DNA from: the human T2T-CHM13v2.0 reference genome, Homo sapiens
Reading direction: 5' to 3' (one strand)
DNA length: 64,000 nucleotides
Assembly: GCF_009914755.1 (NCBI RefSeq)
Contig: NC_060939.1
A model generated the notes under the pieces. It had not been told where the DNA came from, did no database searches, and worked only from the letters and a program-made list of their open reading frames with translations. Of this stretch, positions 42,670 to 58,083 are shown piece by piece. The position numbers and the translations under genes were made by a program. Positions within the stretch are counted from its first letter, which is position 1. Each line of letters opens with the position of its first letter.

Positions 42670-43757
42670 ACTATATGTAATTGGGGAAACCTTAGAATAG
42701 ATCTTGCCAGAAACTCTCAAGGATGTGTGGCATCCTAGTCACAACACATATGATCCCAAATTGATCTGGAAATTCTACTTTCATGATCTTCTCCAATTAA
42801 AAACAGCAAGTCAATTTCATGACTTAACTAACAACTGAAAATGACAGCAAAGTGAGCACCAATGCTGAATAAATTGGCATGTCAATTTAATCAATAATAA
42901 GAGAATGTATTGAGCTTTGTAGTGAGTTGACAAAATTTGATTACATGATCAGATTCGGTAAATCCATTGGTTTCTAATTTTGGCAAAGGCACTGTTGTTC
43001 TTTCAAGCACGCAAGAACAGGATTAGTATTGCATCAAAATTTTTAGCCCAAATAAAAGATGGTTTAATTGCTTCAGGAAAAGAGCCAATAAGCATAATAT
43101 CAGAATTCAAGGGAGGGGTACAAGCACTAATATTGAGTTCCAAAATTATATAGCAAAACTGGTGGAAGCCATCCAGGGAACAAGTGATGATCTAAATATA
43201 GTTCTCTGCCAGAGTTCATATACTGATCAGTAAGTGTCATTACTATTCCCATGGTCACACAACTATAAAAGACAACTCCAGGTCAATGACAACATGTCTT
43301 CTCATAATGATAAGGGGTTAGAAAGTTGAAATAAAGTTTGAAGAGCAAAACGAAAAATAAGATTATAAATCCTCAGTCTTTTCTTCCTCAGTTCAAACTC
43401 ATTATTCCCTTTGTCCTGATAACTCCCTTCAAAATCATTCTCATATCTACCTTTAGACCCTGAAATATTCAATCTTTTGGATATTCCACTCAACTTTTTC
43501 TTTTTCTGTCAATCCTGAGCTTCCTATTTCTAGCTATCTTTCAGAATTTTCATTATTTATGACCCACACCATCACCAGAAAGGAAGTAAGGAAAAGAAGT
43601 GGAATTTTCACAAGCAATTCAACTTGAAGTGTAAATTAATAGTGTCATTTGGAACAACTCTGCTTCTCTTGCAGAACAAATCTAAAGATTCTCCAAGTCA
43701 TAATCAGTTTTTTCACTAAGACAACATAATAAACAAATAAGAACTGGTAAATCTCAC

Positions 43758-43904
43758 CTGATGCTTCATATAATGATGCATATATGGTGTTGCAATTTTA
43801 ATAACTTTGAGGCAAAACGGGCATAGCAAGTTCTTAGTGTTTTCATGGGATGTTCTAAAATGAGTTTCTACATCAGAAAATGATGATGATCTATAATTAC
43901 AAAC
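43758..43904 (-). CDS. ZNF280D: ZNF280D coding exon 7/15 (VCNYRSSSFSDVETHFRTSHENTKNLLCPFCLKVIKIATPYMHHYMKHQ)
   Basis: ttttag|GTT acceptor, CAG|gtgaga donor; 147 nt, phase 0->0. Confidence 0.95.
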
Positions 43905-44661
43905 CTAAAAAAAGAAAGAAGGCTTAGTTTAACTTGAAAATTTAAAACTGATATGCAATTACAAAGGAACAATGATGGATAATTTGTCAGGAGAACATTA
44001 TGTACTACTAATCTAGCTCTGATGCCTTTGCAACCAAGAATCTCACTAAGGCAACACCAAAAGACCATCTTTGAGACATTAAACGTAGCTTTCAAAGTTA
44101 AGGGATACATCCCAAAACAAAACTAGATCTCCTTCTCTTTATCAGATCTTTTTATCTATCACCTTCTGTCTTGACTTGAAGTTTCAAGCTTTAGCACCTC
44201 TTGCTCTATAAAATGTTTTTCTGCTACATGAAACAGCATTCTCCTTTAGATTGTTAATGGCCTCCAGGTTTATGGCAATGGCAATTTATCTTTTCCTTGC
44301 TTTCCTCTTCCTTCAAATTCTTCTTCTTTGGAAAAATACTTTTGCCAAAGCATTTGGTAGGGTTCTTTGTATCTAACAGCACTTTGTATTTCCCTTGTAT
44401 GACTACATTCTTCCCTATGTAGCACAGTAAGTCCATATGTTTGTTTTTCTACATACAACAGGACTCATCTTTGTCCAGTACAGAGATAAGCAAACAAAAG
44501 CCTGTGGACCAAACCCAGCTTGCTGCCTATCCCTCATATAATGCATAAGTTATGCCAAGTTATGCATAAGTTTGCTGACCGCTGGTCTAATAGGCTTAAA
44601 TTTTATAACCAAAACAACAAACAAACCAAACACTTAAAAAAACAATAAAATGTATGTGTAC

Positions 44662-44762
44662 CTGGCAGACATATGGCATTTCACCAGGTTTATGATTGTC
44701 CTTCATATGTTGTAAAAGAACATGTTCTGTTTCAAATGACAATTCACAGATTTTACAAATAG
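44662..44762 (-). CDS. ZNF280D: ZNF280D coding exon 6/15 ([34 protein letters not shown])
   Basis: atttag|CTATT acceptor, CAG|gtacac donor; 101 nt, phase 1->0. Confidence 0.95.
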
Positions 44763-45036
44763 CTAAATGTGGGAGAGAAACAGTATAATAATATTTAAGA
44801 TATTAATATAAAAATTAATTTTATACATCTATATCAACAACAATAACAGTAGCAGTAGGGACAGTTGTGAAGAGTTAAACAGCTTGTTAACTATGTGCAA
44901 AGAACAGTTCTAAGCACTCACATTACCTCACCTACATTAACTCAACTCCTATTAACAACCCTATAAGAAAGGTATTTCTGTTATCCGCATTATTCAAGTA
45001 TTAAGTAACGTGGCTAAAATCTTGTAGCTATATTAA

Positions 45037-45408
<372 letters not shown>

Positions 45409-45751
45409 TAACTAAAACAGTAGTTCTTTTTCCTATTAAAGTTTAAATGAAGAGCAATGATTTAATATTTTAAAACTAGGATACTAGGCTCCTAATTTAG
45501 TCCCCAACATATAATGCATAGTTTATGTCAAGGCAATTACCATACTGAATTATTTGCAAGAGGCACTTTAATATTAGTAACTAATTTTATTTAAAAGTTT
45601 ATCACAGTTAAAACTTGGCCTTTCAATTTTGCCCTCAAATTCCAAAGTCTAGTTCTCATTCTCATTTTTCTAACAGGCTTCTTAAGGTTTTCTCACAATT
45701 TATATTAGCGAAATCAATAATATGGAATATTTAAATGTATTGGTAACTTAC

Positions 45752-45909
45752 TAGAAAATTCATGGGGCGTATGTGTACTTTCGATGTGACACTGCAACTG
45801 AAATGGTGTGGGAAACTGACGGTAGCAGTGCTGGCAGGTGGTATGGTTTTCCCAGCTCTCACTGCTCTGCTTCTCAAGTTCCAAATGGTGTTTCATGTGG
45901 TTCATAAAC
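45752..45909 (-). CDS. ZNF280D: ZNF280D coding exon 5/15 (FMNHMKHH...CQHC...HTPHEFS)
   Basis: ttatag|GTTT acceptor, CTA|gtaagt donor; 158 nt, phase 2->1. Confidence 0.96.
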
Positions 45910-46222
45910 CTATAAATGGTTGTCAACAGGTGCAAAACTTGAGATTTAAAAACAAAAAGGAAATCTCACAAACAAGAATCTGAACCTAAATCTTAAAAAT
46001 ATAGATGTATTACTCAAACTCTCAAAAGTCTTAAAGTTGCCTAGGAAAGTATGCACTTTTAAATAATCACTTTCTTTAAGTGGCTAAGTAAACATCTTTT
46101 TACCTTTGCTTTAAAATAATTCATTCATGTAATTAATCTGAAAGATCAACAATTTGATATAACTCTTAATCATTATTTCAGATTATTTAAAAAATTTTTT
46201 TAGATAAAAGAACAGGCTTCTG

Positions 46223-46344
46223 ATCCATACTTGAAATCCTATTTACATTTTAAAATTAAATACTAAAAGAAAGGAAACTCTATATCCATACTTGGAATCC
46301 TATTTACATTTTAAAATAAAACACTAAAATAAAGGAAACCCTAT
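46223..46344 (+). repeat. Tandem duplication, 2 x 61 bp
   Basis: atccatacttg(a/g)aatcctatttacattttaaaat...aaaggaaac(t/c)ctat repeated. Confidence 0.9.
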
Positions 46345-47561
46345 CACCAAAGGCAGCTACAGAGTCAGGAGGAAATCTTTTAAGGCCTTGAAAATATACA
46401 ATAGATTCCAGCTACTTAAATGACAAATTACTAGTATTTTTACTTGTATCTTGGTTTCTAAATGCATGTAATAGCAGTTTTGATGCCTACAATTACAAGA
46501 ACCTTTTGTTTTATTTAATGATACTGGTTTACTGTTAGCACAGACTGTTCATCTTAACTTGCAGACAGTGCCCTTTGTAGGCAACATACATTTTTCAGTT
46601 TTACATTCTGCTACTTCAGCTTCCCTAATAGGCTTCTATGAGCAGGAATTATGACCTTCAATGGCAGAGGGTGCAATATAAATGGTAATACATTTAAAAG
46701 AGCTTACTAAAGCTTTTTGCTGAATTTGAGAGTAAAGTTATTCAACAAAAACAATAATTTTTAGACTAGGTCAACTGTTAACAATTATTCACTTTGAATC
46801 CCTAAAAGAAATTATCTTGAAACTAAGTGATAATGTCATCAATCTAGATAGCAATCATCATGAAGATTATAATATATACCTCTTTTCACAAATTTACAGC
46901 ACTATTCTCTTTAGAGTGGGCTATGGTACACCTTGAAATATCTTTTCCTCCTTTGGTTTTAACAACAGCTCTACAAATGCTTACAAAAAATCCTGGTCGT
47001 TGTTAAATATTTACGTTTAGAGTAAAGATCATGAGCCATTAAACTTTCAGCTCACAGCTTTCAGCACTTAAAGTCTATTAACATAAAATGTTCCCTTAAC
47101 CAATTCGCTTTTTCCCAATTATTATATGAGTTCCCATCAACTCATACTTCTCAAACCAATAGAAATGAGGGAAACAGCAAAACCTCTTGCAAGGATGTTC
47201 ACAGAACAAGATAAATCTAACTATTTTTAGTGACACTCAATGTAGGAAAGAAACTCCATACCACAATATATTGACATGGCAGAGAAGAGAAATGAAATGT
47301 TGAGCTATCAATTTCTTATTATTCTCTATAAATATCAAGTTGCCTTCCCAGTTTTTACTGTTGAAGTAAAATATTATATAATACATTTAACTTCTTTGTT
47401 CACGAGGTGTTTACCATTAAGGTTACATTTAATAAATGATCAGTATTTTTAAAAATACTCAATTCCTGGATATTATCAGATATAATTTTCTTAAAATCTG
47501 TAAATATTATGAAAGCCTAAACATACGTAGCTAGTCTTCATAAACATAACCAAAAAAATGA

Positions 47562-47924
<363 letters not shown>

Positions 47925-49341
47925 TGAAATAACATAACCTCATATTTCAGTACAAGAAATTAAGTCAATGAACCACACTGCTCTGCATTTTACCATATTT
48001 ACTAACATGATTTCCCGATGTTGGCATGACATCAGAAATAGGTGGTAGAGTTCTACTGCAACACTGTTTCAACGTTTTATCTCAAAATACACTTTCCCTT
48101 TTGTTAAACTACTGCAACCATTAGCTATTGATGGCCCTTAAAGTTTGATAAGAGGAGGTAAAGAAATAAGAAAATTCATATAAAATAAGTGAAAAAACTT
48201 TGAAAATTATAAAGCACTATCATAAAGAAACCATTAATAACTGTTATAGGTGTATATCACAGTGTATTTCAGGATTTTTATGTATGCTTCTTTTTGGACC
48301 CAAGGACTCACAGGAAAACAAATAAATGCTGAACTCAGAAGTAACTACAGCTGCTTTGAAATGCTAATTACAGATGACAGTTACCAAGAATAAACACAAA
48401 AGGCATACATATATGTATATGCTGTACACACATGCACAAACACAATGCAGATTACCTTGAAATGCACCAAAAATCAGATAGTTCTAAGAAGGATGAAGAG
48501 ATACATAATAAAGCAAGTATAGTAAAATGTTAATGGTAGAATCAAGGTGGTTAAGTGTACAAGGGTCCAATGTGAAATTTTCAAAACTCTGCTTAATATC
48601 TGAAAATTTTTATAGTAAAGTGATAGGAAAAAACCTTATCTAATATAAATATCAGGCTACATAATCAACAAATAATTTCACTCAATTTCTTATTACTTTT
48701 CTCTTGTTACTAATTTATACAGAATAGTTTCAAAGATTACAACTGAACGATTATGAAGTACAAATTTCTAATATTTAAAGCATTCATATATTCCACTGGG
48801 AATTAAATCCCCAAATTTCTAAAGCTGTTAAATTTTAAAATCAAAACAGACATGCTTCCTAGAACTGATACATCTCTAAAACTGATAATTTTTCCTGCAA
48901 GATTAATGTTCTAAAAACTATAAATATAAATTGAAAAATTTGAGCATTACATAGAGGAGCTCAACCTGAACAAACACAGAGTGGTTCTTCTTGTAATGTG
49001 AAGAAATATAAAATTCAAAGGCAATTAGAAAATAAAAAATGTCTAATAAAAATTCAAAAATCACGACTAAAACAGAAAAAAGAAGTTCATTTTGTCTTAA
49101 GTTAAAATAAACAGTCTTTTCTTAAGCTATGTGAAAGAAATATAACTAACTGGATCCAAGAGTCAAACTCCACAACACAAGAAAGGACAGAGCTTTTCAA
49201 CATGAGAATCCGCCTTTATTCTCAGTAGAAAGTGTTAAAATCACTTACCTAGAATGGCATAGAAAACACAAAATAAAAGTATAACATTTTTATTTGCAGC
49301 ATTTCAATTTTCAATAGAAATAAAAACAAGTATTTACATAC

Positions 49342-49565
49342 CTAATGTTATTTTTTAGAATTTTCAAGCAACTGAAGCATTTAAAGGTTGTGTGAGTCTT
49401 CTGTTCCTCCTGGACATCTCCTTCATGTTTTCCATAATAAAAGTCATTAACTAACATGATCAATTTTCCTTTCTCTGAATCAATAGTTGTGTTTTTATTT
49501 ACTGTACTTGAAAATTCTGTTTTAGCCAGTCCCAAAAAGTTATTTATCATGTCTGGACAACAATA
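49342..49565 (-). CDS. ZNF280D: ZNF280D coding exon 4/15 (YCCPDMINN...FKCFSCLKILKNNIR)
   Basis: Long T tract plus tttcag|TAT acceptor, AG|gtatgt donor; 224 nt, phase 0->2. Confidence 0.96.
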
Positions 49566-51606
49566 CTGAAAGAGAAAAAAAAAAAAAAAAAACAAGCCTT
49601 ACTTATTCTTTAAAAAAACCACATACCAAAAAGTGATTGTGTGTTTACACCTAAGGCCAGACCATTAAAACTATGCTTGTAATATATCTAGAAAAATAGT
49701 CACCAAAAATTTGTGGTGCATGTACATAGTCTAAAAATTCAAATAATAAACACCTATTATCTTCATGTAAAAATTCAAAAAAGATTTGAGAAACCCTAAA
49801 ACCAAGACATGGCCATAGCTCTAACAGCTTTACCCTTGCAATTTGCCTTTTTAGATGTAAATATTTAATAATAATCTGTTCCTTAACTAAAAATCATTCA
49901 TCTCATGTCCACGTCAAGATGTATAGAAAGGAAATGTTTATATGCCTTGATGTATATATTTAATTATCAAGTGATATATAAAATTTCATAAAGCCTGGTT
50001 GAGGAAAAATTAAAATATACAAAAATTATATAATATAGAATAGGCTCCTTAATTAGAAATGTGGATAATCTTCTGTCCCAAATGTAAAATTATCAAATAA
50101 CATTGCAAAGTTAGTCTATGAACATTAAAGATTACCCTAAAATAGCTATAAATTATGATACCCATAATAGATGATAAATTACTTGCTGTTTTTCTATTTT
50201 TTTAACAGAAAAGTAGGATAGGATCAGATTTTTTAAATAAACATATAAACTTTGTTCACAGAGTACCTTTTAAACAATGTTTCATATCTCTATAAAAGAG
50301 CTGAATAATAAACCATTGACAACCAAAAATGGACAACAACTTGTAGTGAATTAGGGTGAAGGATTTAGTCATTGAGAACGGCAAAGTATCCTTGCTTATC
50401 CAAAAAAACAAATAAGCACCTTAAGAGATGAGAACCAAGCTTAGATTTAAGGTTTTATAGGAGGATAGAGCAAGCTACGGAGGGGCATAGCTGAGCTGTG
50501 GTACAATATCAACTGGTCATCTTTTATTCAGCCCTGGTACCTTTTAGTTTTATTAATAGATCTTCACTGCAACTCCTTATTTATCCCTTATTTTTGTGGG
50601 TTAAAGATTCTGCAAATATTAAATATGTACTTTAATGCCATATACTATAGTTTGACAAATATCAGGCACCATCTATCTATCATTCTTATCTTTACTCCTC
50701 CCAGTACACAGACCATGTTCTGTTGCTTTGTTAGTGCCCTAAAAATTTAGGTGGGTTTTTCAGAGCAAAGGAGGTGAGATCCTATTTTTATAGTTAAATA
50801 GGGCTTCTCATGTGAACATCCAACATCAGTCAACATTTTCCTCTTTTCCTCCTGAGAGTCATCCAAAAGCTACACAACCAAATTCCACAAATTGGTTTAT
50901 CATTGAAACTAAGGGTCAGATAAAAGCCACAGACTCCATAATATACGAAAGCACTATTCAAAGAAGCCAACATCGGGCAGATGGCATTTAGCTAGAAGTA
51001 AACCAGAGAAGTAAAGGGGACCCAGTGGTAACAGATCTTAAAGGGTCAGTAAAAATACACATCTTAAAGGTGAAACACATATTCTGAATCACAAGGGTAT
51101 ATCCTCTGTTTGCAAAAACAGGTGCAGAAGCTGAGGCAAGAAGGATGGCAGCAGAAGTACCCCAGACCTGATTCAGTACAGAGAAGCAGAAAGGCGGTGC
51201 TACATAAAGAATCAGACACACAAGTCACAATTGCAGGAAGCCTTCTGCCCAGCAAAAAGCTGTTTAAACCAGCTAGCAAGCTGTGAGACTATCCTGGCAA
51301 CCTATGCTTCCTCCTAAAAGGAACTTGTATAAAACAGCTGGCCCAAGAAAATCCAACTTGTTAAACACTATAGGCACTCACATCTAAACAAAAATACCAT
51401 GTAATAAAAGAAGGCAAATAACAGAAAAATGTAAAATTCTAACAAAAACATCAGAATTATGCTGCCGTGGAGCAGTTGCAGATGAAAACAGTAGCCACAA
51501 ATTTTAAAAACATAATGAAGCAACTGCCTCTATTTGGAAGACCACAAAGCAAGAAAAGATGCCAAGACAACAAGATATTTAGAAGGAAAAAAAAGAGTGG
51601 CAAAAT

Positions 51607-51768
51607 CAAGGGTGAAAGTATAGGAAAAAAATAAAATCAGAGACATGAAGACAAATTAGGAAGGAATACAGTGGTGAGTAGACATTGCAAGGGTGAAAGT
51701 ATTGGAAAAAAATAAAATCAGAGACATGAAGACAAATTAGGAAGGAATACAGTGGTGAGTAGACATTG
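51607..51768 (+). repeat. Tandem duplication, 2 x 81 bp
   Basis: caagggtgaaagtat(a/t)ggaaaaaaataaaatcagagacatg...gtagacattg repeated with one mismatch. Confidence 0.95.
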
Positions 51769-52428
51769 CAAATAAAATAAAGGAAACATATTAGTAGGAG
51801 AAAAGTCCATTTAAAAAAATTAAGGATTAGAAAAAAAAAGACATATGTCAGGGAAAGAAGATAAAACAAATTCATATTGGAGATGAAATTGTATGGAATA
51901 AATATTTTAAAATACAATTCAAATAAACTGTGCTAAATCCAAATATACAGGTTGAAAGAACAAGGTGTATGCCAGAGAGGACTCACCCAAAATTCCCAAC
52001 ACCAAGTTATATCATTATAAAATTATCAGTCTTCAAAACATAAAGAATGTAGACAACCAAAAAGCTACAGACTGCCAAACAAGAAGATCAAACCACTTAT
52101 AAAAGGCAAAATAATTCAGCTTGTCCCAGATTCCTCAAAAGCAACACTGAATACTAGAAAACGGGAGCTATACCAACAAAATCCTGATAGTGGGATTCAA
52201 TTTACTTTATATTAGATCAAACTGTCTTTACAGAATGGACTACAGTCAAATTGCTTTGAACATGAACGACCTCACAGAAAGATGTTTTCAGACTCCTCCT
52301 AAATGAAATTACTACAGAATGAACTTCAGCCAAACAGAAAACGAAATAAACCATGACAAAAACACTGATGATGAACAGTGGATTATATTTACTGTAGAAA
52401 AAGATCAAAACAAATATGACATAAGGTA

Positions 52429-52430
<2 letters not shown>

Positions 52431-52459
<29 letters not shown>

Positions 52460-52475
52460 CAAAACAAAACAAAAC
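52431..52475 (+). repeat. (AAAAC)9 microsatellite
   Basis: Read directly from the sequence. Confidence 0.95.
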
Positions 52476-53251
52476 AAACAAAAATGTAATGTCATATGCC
52501 CTGACAATGGAAAAACAATACAATGAACAAATAAAAATTGGGAGAGGATAAAAGGACAAAGAGTACAAGGTGAAGAGTTCATAGATTGCCTCACAGTTCA
52601 TAAAGGAATATCAGTTAGAGCCACCAAATAAAGTAATATAGGTATAGACATTTTGACAGCAAAGGTAAACAAATGCTCAGACAATATTGACTAAAATCAA
52701 GTAGCAAAAAAGAAGGGAAAGATGGGTGGGTTAAAAACAGGAAGTTTCATGCTACTTTAATCCTTCCTCATAGAAAAGAACAGTAGAGAATTGCTAAAGG
52801 AATAGAAGACTAGTGGAGTTATACATTAAAATTAGAAACATAATCAGGAGAACAAAACTACAACTCTCTTAGAAACCTAAGCTACACACACATAAAGCAA
52901 CCACATTGTGAAAGGCTTTTAAAAAAGAGAGAAAGAAAAATTTTAACAGAACTAAGACCAAATAAATCTATCATATTGGTAAATCTAAACCCACTATTAA
53001 AAGAAGAGATTTTCATATAGGATCACAAAAGAAAAATCAACTTTGCTAAAAGCAAAAGGCACACCTAAAACAAAGTAATTCAGAAGAGTTGAAAATAAAA
53101 GACTAAACAAAGAATACACCAGGTAAATGGAAACCATAACAGGGGTTGTGAGTCTAACATCAAAGTAGAATTTGGGCTAAAAGGCACTAACCATTAAAAC
53201 CAAGAAAAGGATATTTTATTAAAATGCTAAAGGATACATTCACAATACAGT

Positions 53252-53547
<296 letters not shown>

Positions 53548-55341
53548 TCATAATATAGTTATAAAAGCTAGATTCTTCTATATCATAAACAACAGCAACA
53601 ACTTTGAAACAAAATTGCAATATATGAAAGAAAATACTGGTAATGAAAGCTGTGGACTGAAATGTGGTGTTTCCCAATCCAGGACAGATCAAGTGGACTA
53701 AATGGAAGTGAAGACACAGAAATATAAATATAATTAATAAGCTATATTTGGTTGATAAATATCAAATTCCATACCCCAAAGGAGAAGTAATATACCTATT
53801 TTCAATCTTCCACATAATATTGAATACCCCCTATACTTTACAAAACAAAAAGGATTTGTGAAAACTTGGGCTTTACCATTAAAGAAACTGAGTTTTGAAA
53901 GCTAGTTACGCCAGTTAATTGGTTATACAACAATGAGAAAAAATAATCTTAAAGAATTTTCTAAGGATTAATGAAATAATGTATTTAAAGCTTAGTACTG
54001 TGTCTGACACATAGTCTCAGATAAGTATATTTTTCTAATTATTGTAGAATATTTGATATTTTAAATATTTTTCCATTGAAAGAAAACATTATATGCTAGT
54101 TGGCAAAAAAATCATTCACAAATAATGTAAAAATCACATTCTTTTCAAAATGAAAGTTATTATAACACTAAAACTTTAGCTGATACATAAAAATATATAA
54201 ACTAGAAAATAAAAAGTCCCCACAGATTTAAACTTTCCCTTCCTAGATTTGGAGACTATTCTTTCAAGATTTCCTTATGATATAAACACATACACTGTTC
54301 ATATTATCTTCAACTTAGTTCAGTTGTAAGAAATACAATTTCTTACAATGACAGAGATACTTTCCTTATTTAAAATGTCATAATGTTCTATTATATTAAT
54401 ATGAAAATTCTATGAAGTTCTGGTTGTTTCTACTGTAAGTAATTACAAACCATGAAGTAACACATAAAAGCCACATTTTGGAGAATGTTGCCATTCTCTC
54501 CAGATGCAGAGATATATATAACATGCCACAATTTCTGTACAAAATAGAAAATAAGAACACTCATGTTTACTTGTACATCCAGAAAGAAACCCAGGGAGCA
54601 TTCAAAACAAACTAATAAAAAATTATTTTCTTTGAGTCATACTAGGAACCAGGTAAAAAAAGACACAGAGATAAGATTCTTCACATGTATATCTTTGCAG
54701 GCTTTTTAATTTTGAATCATGTGACTGTATTGCTACCTACTTAAAAAATTAAACAGATAAAGAATGTAGTCTTTGTTTTCTTCATCTATAATGCAAAACA
54801 CAAAAAACATCAGAAATCTCATCAAAACATTACACAGAAGAGGAAAATTGAAAGTACTTCTACAGGATAATTCTCCTATAAGACCAAAACACAACGTGCA
54901 GTTATCCAGGGCTATACTCTGAGAGTAAGGACAGACCAAATATGGCTCTGTACGTATATAAGAAGACTGTATTTATAACTTTTTTAAGTTCCCTTATTTT
55001 TTCTACCTTTTTTGTAAAATGCTGAATTTCAATAAAAATATGTCAATCTCTGAAACAGCAAAAACTTTTCCTAAGTTACTTCTTTGCCATTGCACCCCTC
55101 TCCTTCCTTCTTTTCCTTATATAATCTACACTGCCTTTTTTCTGATCTCTTTTCTCCCTTCCTGTCATTTATACTGGGCATGCAAGGGGAGTACAGACCA
55201 TCTCTACACAAACACAGCAGGATACTATAATATCTACTAAAATACTTTAAATGTTACCTAAATCTCATACTTCACTAGTACTTTGAACATTTCTTAAAAC
55301 CTAAATTCAGGGGCTTCTTGTACCAATAAAAAGCTCAAATT

Positions 55342-55631
<290 letters not shown>

Positions 55632-56149
55632 TTACACAATTATATGAACTATATTCTGGACTGAGTTAAAACAATTATTTCATATGAAATGCTTCAACAT
55701 TTGGAGTTTATACCTGAGTGTTAAAAACTAAAATGTAAAACTCAGATTTTCATTGTGTAATGTGACATGTACATGTTAACATGGACACAAAAATAAGGTA
55801 ACGGAATTTTTAACTTATATGCAAAAGTAAATACGTAATAAAATGCCTGTTTTATAAGACATTTGAAGAGTATGACCTAATAAATAAAATAATCGGATTA
55901 ATACATTATTTTTATTTAAAATTAAAATACAATAAGCATACATTATAATATATACAAATTTAAGTTTTAAAATTTGAGGATTTAGAAGGAATTTGAGAAT
56001 CTATATAATCATTATGAATGTAAATTTTTATTTAAATTAAATGGAAATACCAATGAGATTATTTCTGGACAAACCATTAATTACTGTAATCATCAGTATT
56101 TTTAGAAATGTGCAAACTTTTTACAAATTAAATTTTGAAAGAGTTTTAC

Positions 56150-56259
56150 CTTCATGTGATTTTTCAAAGGATCCAAAAGATTGAAATGAATGTTGCACTT
56201 TGGACAAGCTCTTGGAAAAGGTGTTCCATTTTTAGACTGATTTGATGAGGTATTTGTAC
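56150..56259 (-). CDS. ZNF280D: ZNF280D coding exon 3/15 (GTNTSSNQ...CPKCNIHFNLLDPLKNHMK)
   Basis: ttttag|GTACA acceptor, AAG|gtaaaa donor; 110 nt, phase 1->0. Confidence 0.95.
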
Positions 56260-56408
56260 CTAAAATAAATTCAGAACATTTATGACTCAAAATTCATCAC
56301 TTTTTAACCTTAAATAACCACTAATAATACTTTTAAAATTTATAGCCACTTCAAAAATGTATGTATAAATACTATAACTTCTTTTTATGTACCACATTTC
56401 ATATTTAC

Positions 56409-56579
56409 CTTTTGCTAGCATAGCCTGGGAAGAAGTCACTGAAGGAGATTTAACTGAAGGTAATACAGCTGAGGAATTTGCTCCAGAAACACTTTCGCTG
56501 GGTTTAGGCTTCTTTGGATTAACATTATTTACTTCAGAAGTAGAAGGACGTTTTGATAAAAATGAACTTTCACTCATAC
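56409..56579 (-). CDS. ZNF280D: ZNF280D coding exon 2/15 (GMSESSFLSKRPS...SQAMLAK)
   Basis: ttgtag|GTATG acceptor, AAAG|gtaaat donor; 171 nt, phase 1->1; overlaps ORF 56287..56577. Confidence 0.95.
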
Positions 56580-57209
56580 CTACAATAATTTAAATAGTGA
56601 GAAAAATATTTTTAAAAATTAGAATATTATTTACATCTGAGTAAAAATATTTTGGAGCTAAATTAAAGGTAATATAATTGAATTATCATATCATGACAAT
56701 AATGATAAAACTTGATATGATCCAAACTCAAGGGTGTAAAGAAATTGCACATATATTTATCATGGACTACATACATTTAAATAATTAAAAAAATAATCCC
56801 TCTATGAAAGAAAATTCTAAATATGGCTTCAAATAAAGAAATATATAAATAGCTATCACAAAGGGAGCCAGACCAATATTCCAAGCCAAAAAAAAAAGTA
56901 TACTATGAATAAGTTCTGACAAATGAATTATCTTTAGATGCTTAAGTGCATTGAGTACACTAGAGTTTGTAAAAAAACAACAATTACCTGTTTCAAAAAT
57001 TTAGAGATACTCTTAAGATGCTTTTTTCAATTTAACAACTTAAAATGTCTAATGGAAATTTAGTTCTTTCCTACCTAACAAACTGAAGAGTAGGTAAGAG
57101 CGGTCTACTCATGGCTTTGAGTGGTATTACCCATTCATCGCTACGCAGAAAGTGGAAATAACTAATCTTGAATGATAACACTTCATTCATTTATATGAAA
57201 GGACACATA

Positions 57210-57663
<454 letters not shown>

Positions 57664-57977
57664 TTAAATTTTGCATAAAATTTTTATATAAGGATTTCAT
57701 TCCTAAAAATACTTTCCCATTTGAAAACCATTTTGTTAAGGCTGAAGGATTTTAGTTTTATTTAATGCATTCTCAAGAGAAATGAGGATATCCAGGCTAT
57801 AAAAAGGCTCGGAAAAGTTTTTTTTTGAAAATAACATACAACTGTACTTTGTAAAAGAGATTCTAAATCTGTACATCATATTTTAATCCTCACAATTGTA
57901 CATTAAAAGTAGAAATGGTACGGTAACTATATTAGAAGTATTCCAGGTTTTAAAGTCAGATAAGTTCAAATCCACAC

Positions 57978-58083
57978 CTTGTCACTCTCTAGTTATGTTA
58001 ATGTTACTCTCTAGTTATGTTAACTAGTTAACTTGTCACTCTCTAGTTATGTTAACTTGTCACTCTCTAGTCTAGTTATGTTA
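57978..58083 (+). repeat. Degenerate ~24-bp minisatellite (about 4 units) within a MIR
   Basis: cttgtcactctctagttatgttaa units with slippage. Confidence 0.85.

Noticed and set aside
42700-43300. Possible ancient LINE (RTE/CR1-like) RT remnant
   Set aside because: Only a faint resemblance to a DD-V-L-S motif; not supportable without a Dfam search.
51606-52601. Phe-rich ORFs with a repeated peptide (CNVYSPLYSFLICLHVSDFIFF x2; FCFVL repeats)
   Set aside because: They are explained by the 81-bp tandem duplication and the (AAAAC)n microsatellite in A-rich L1 sequence.
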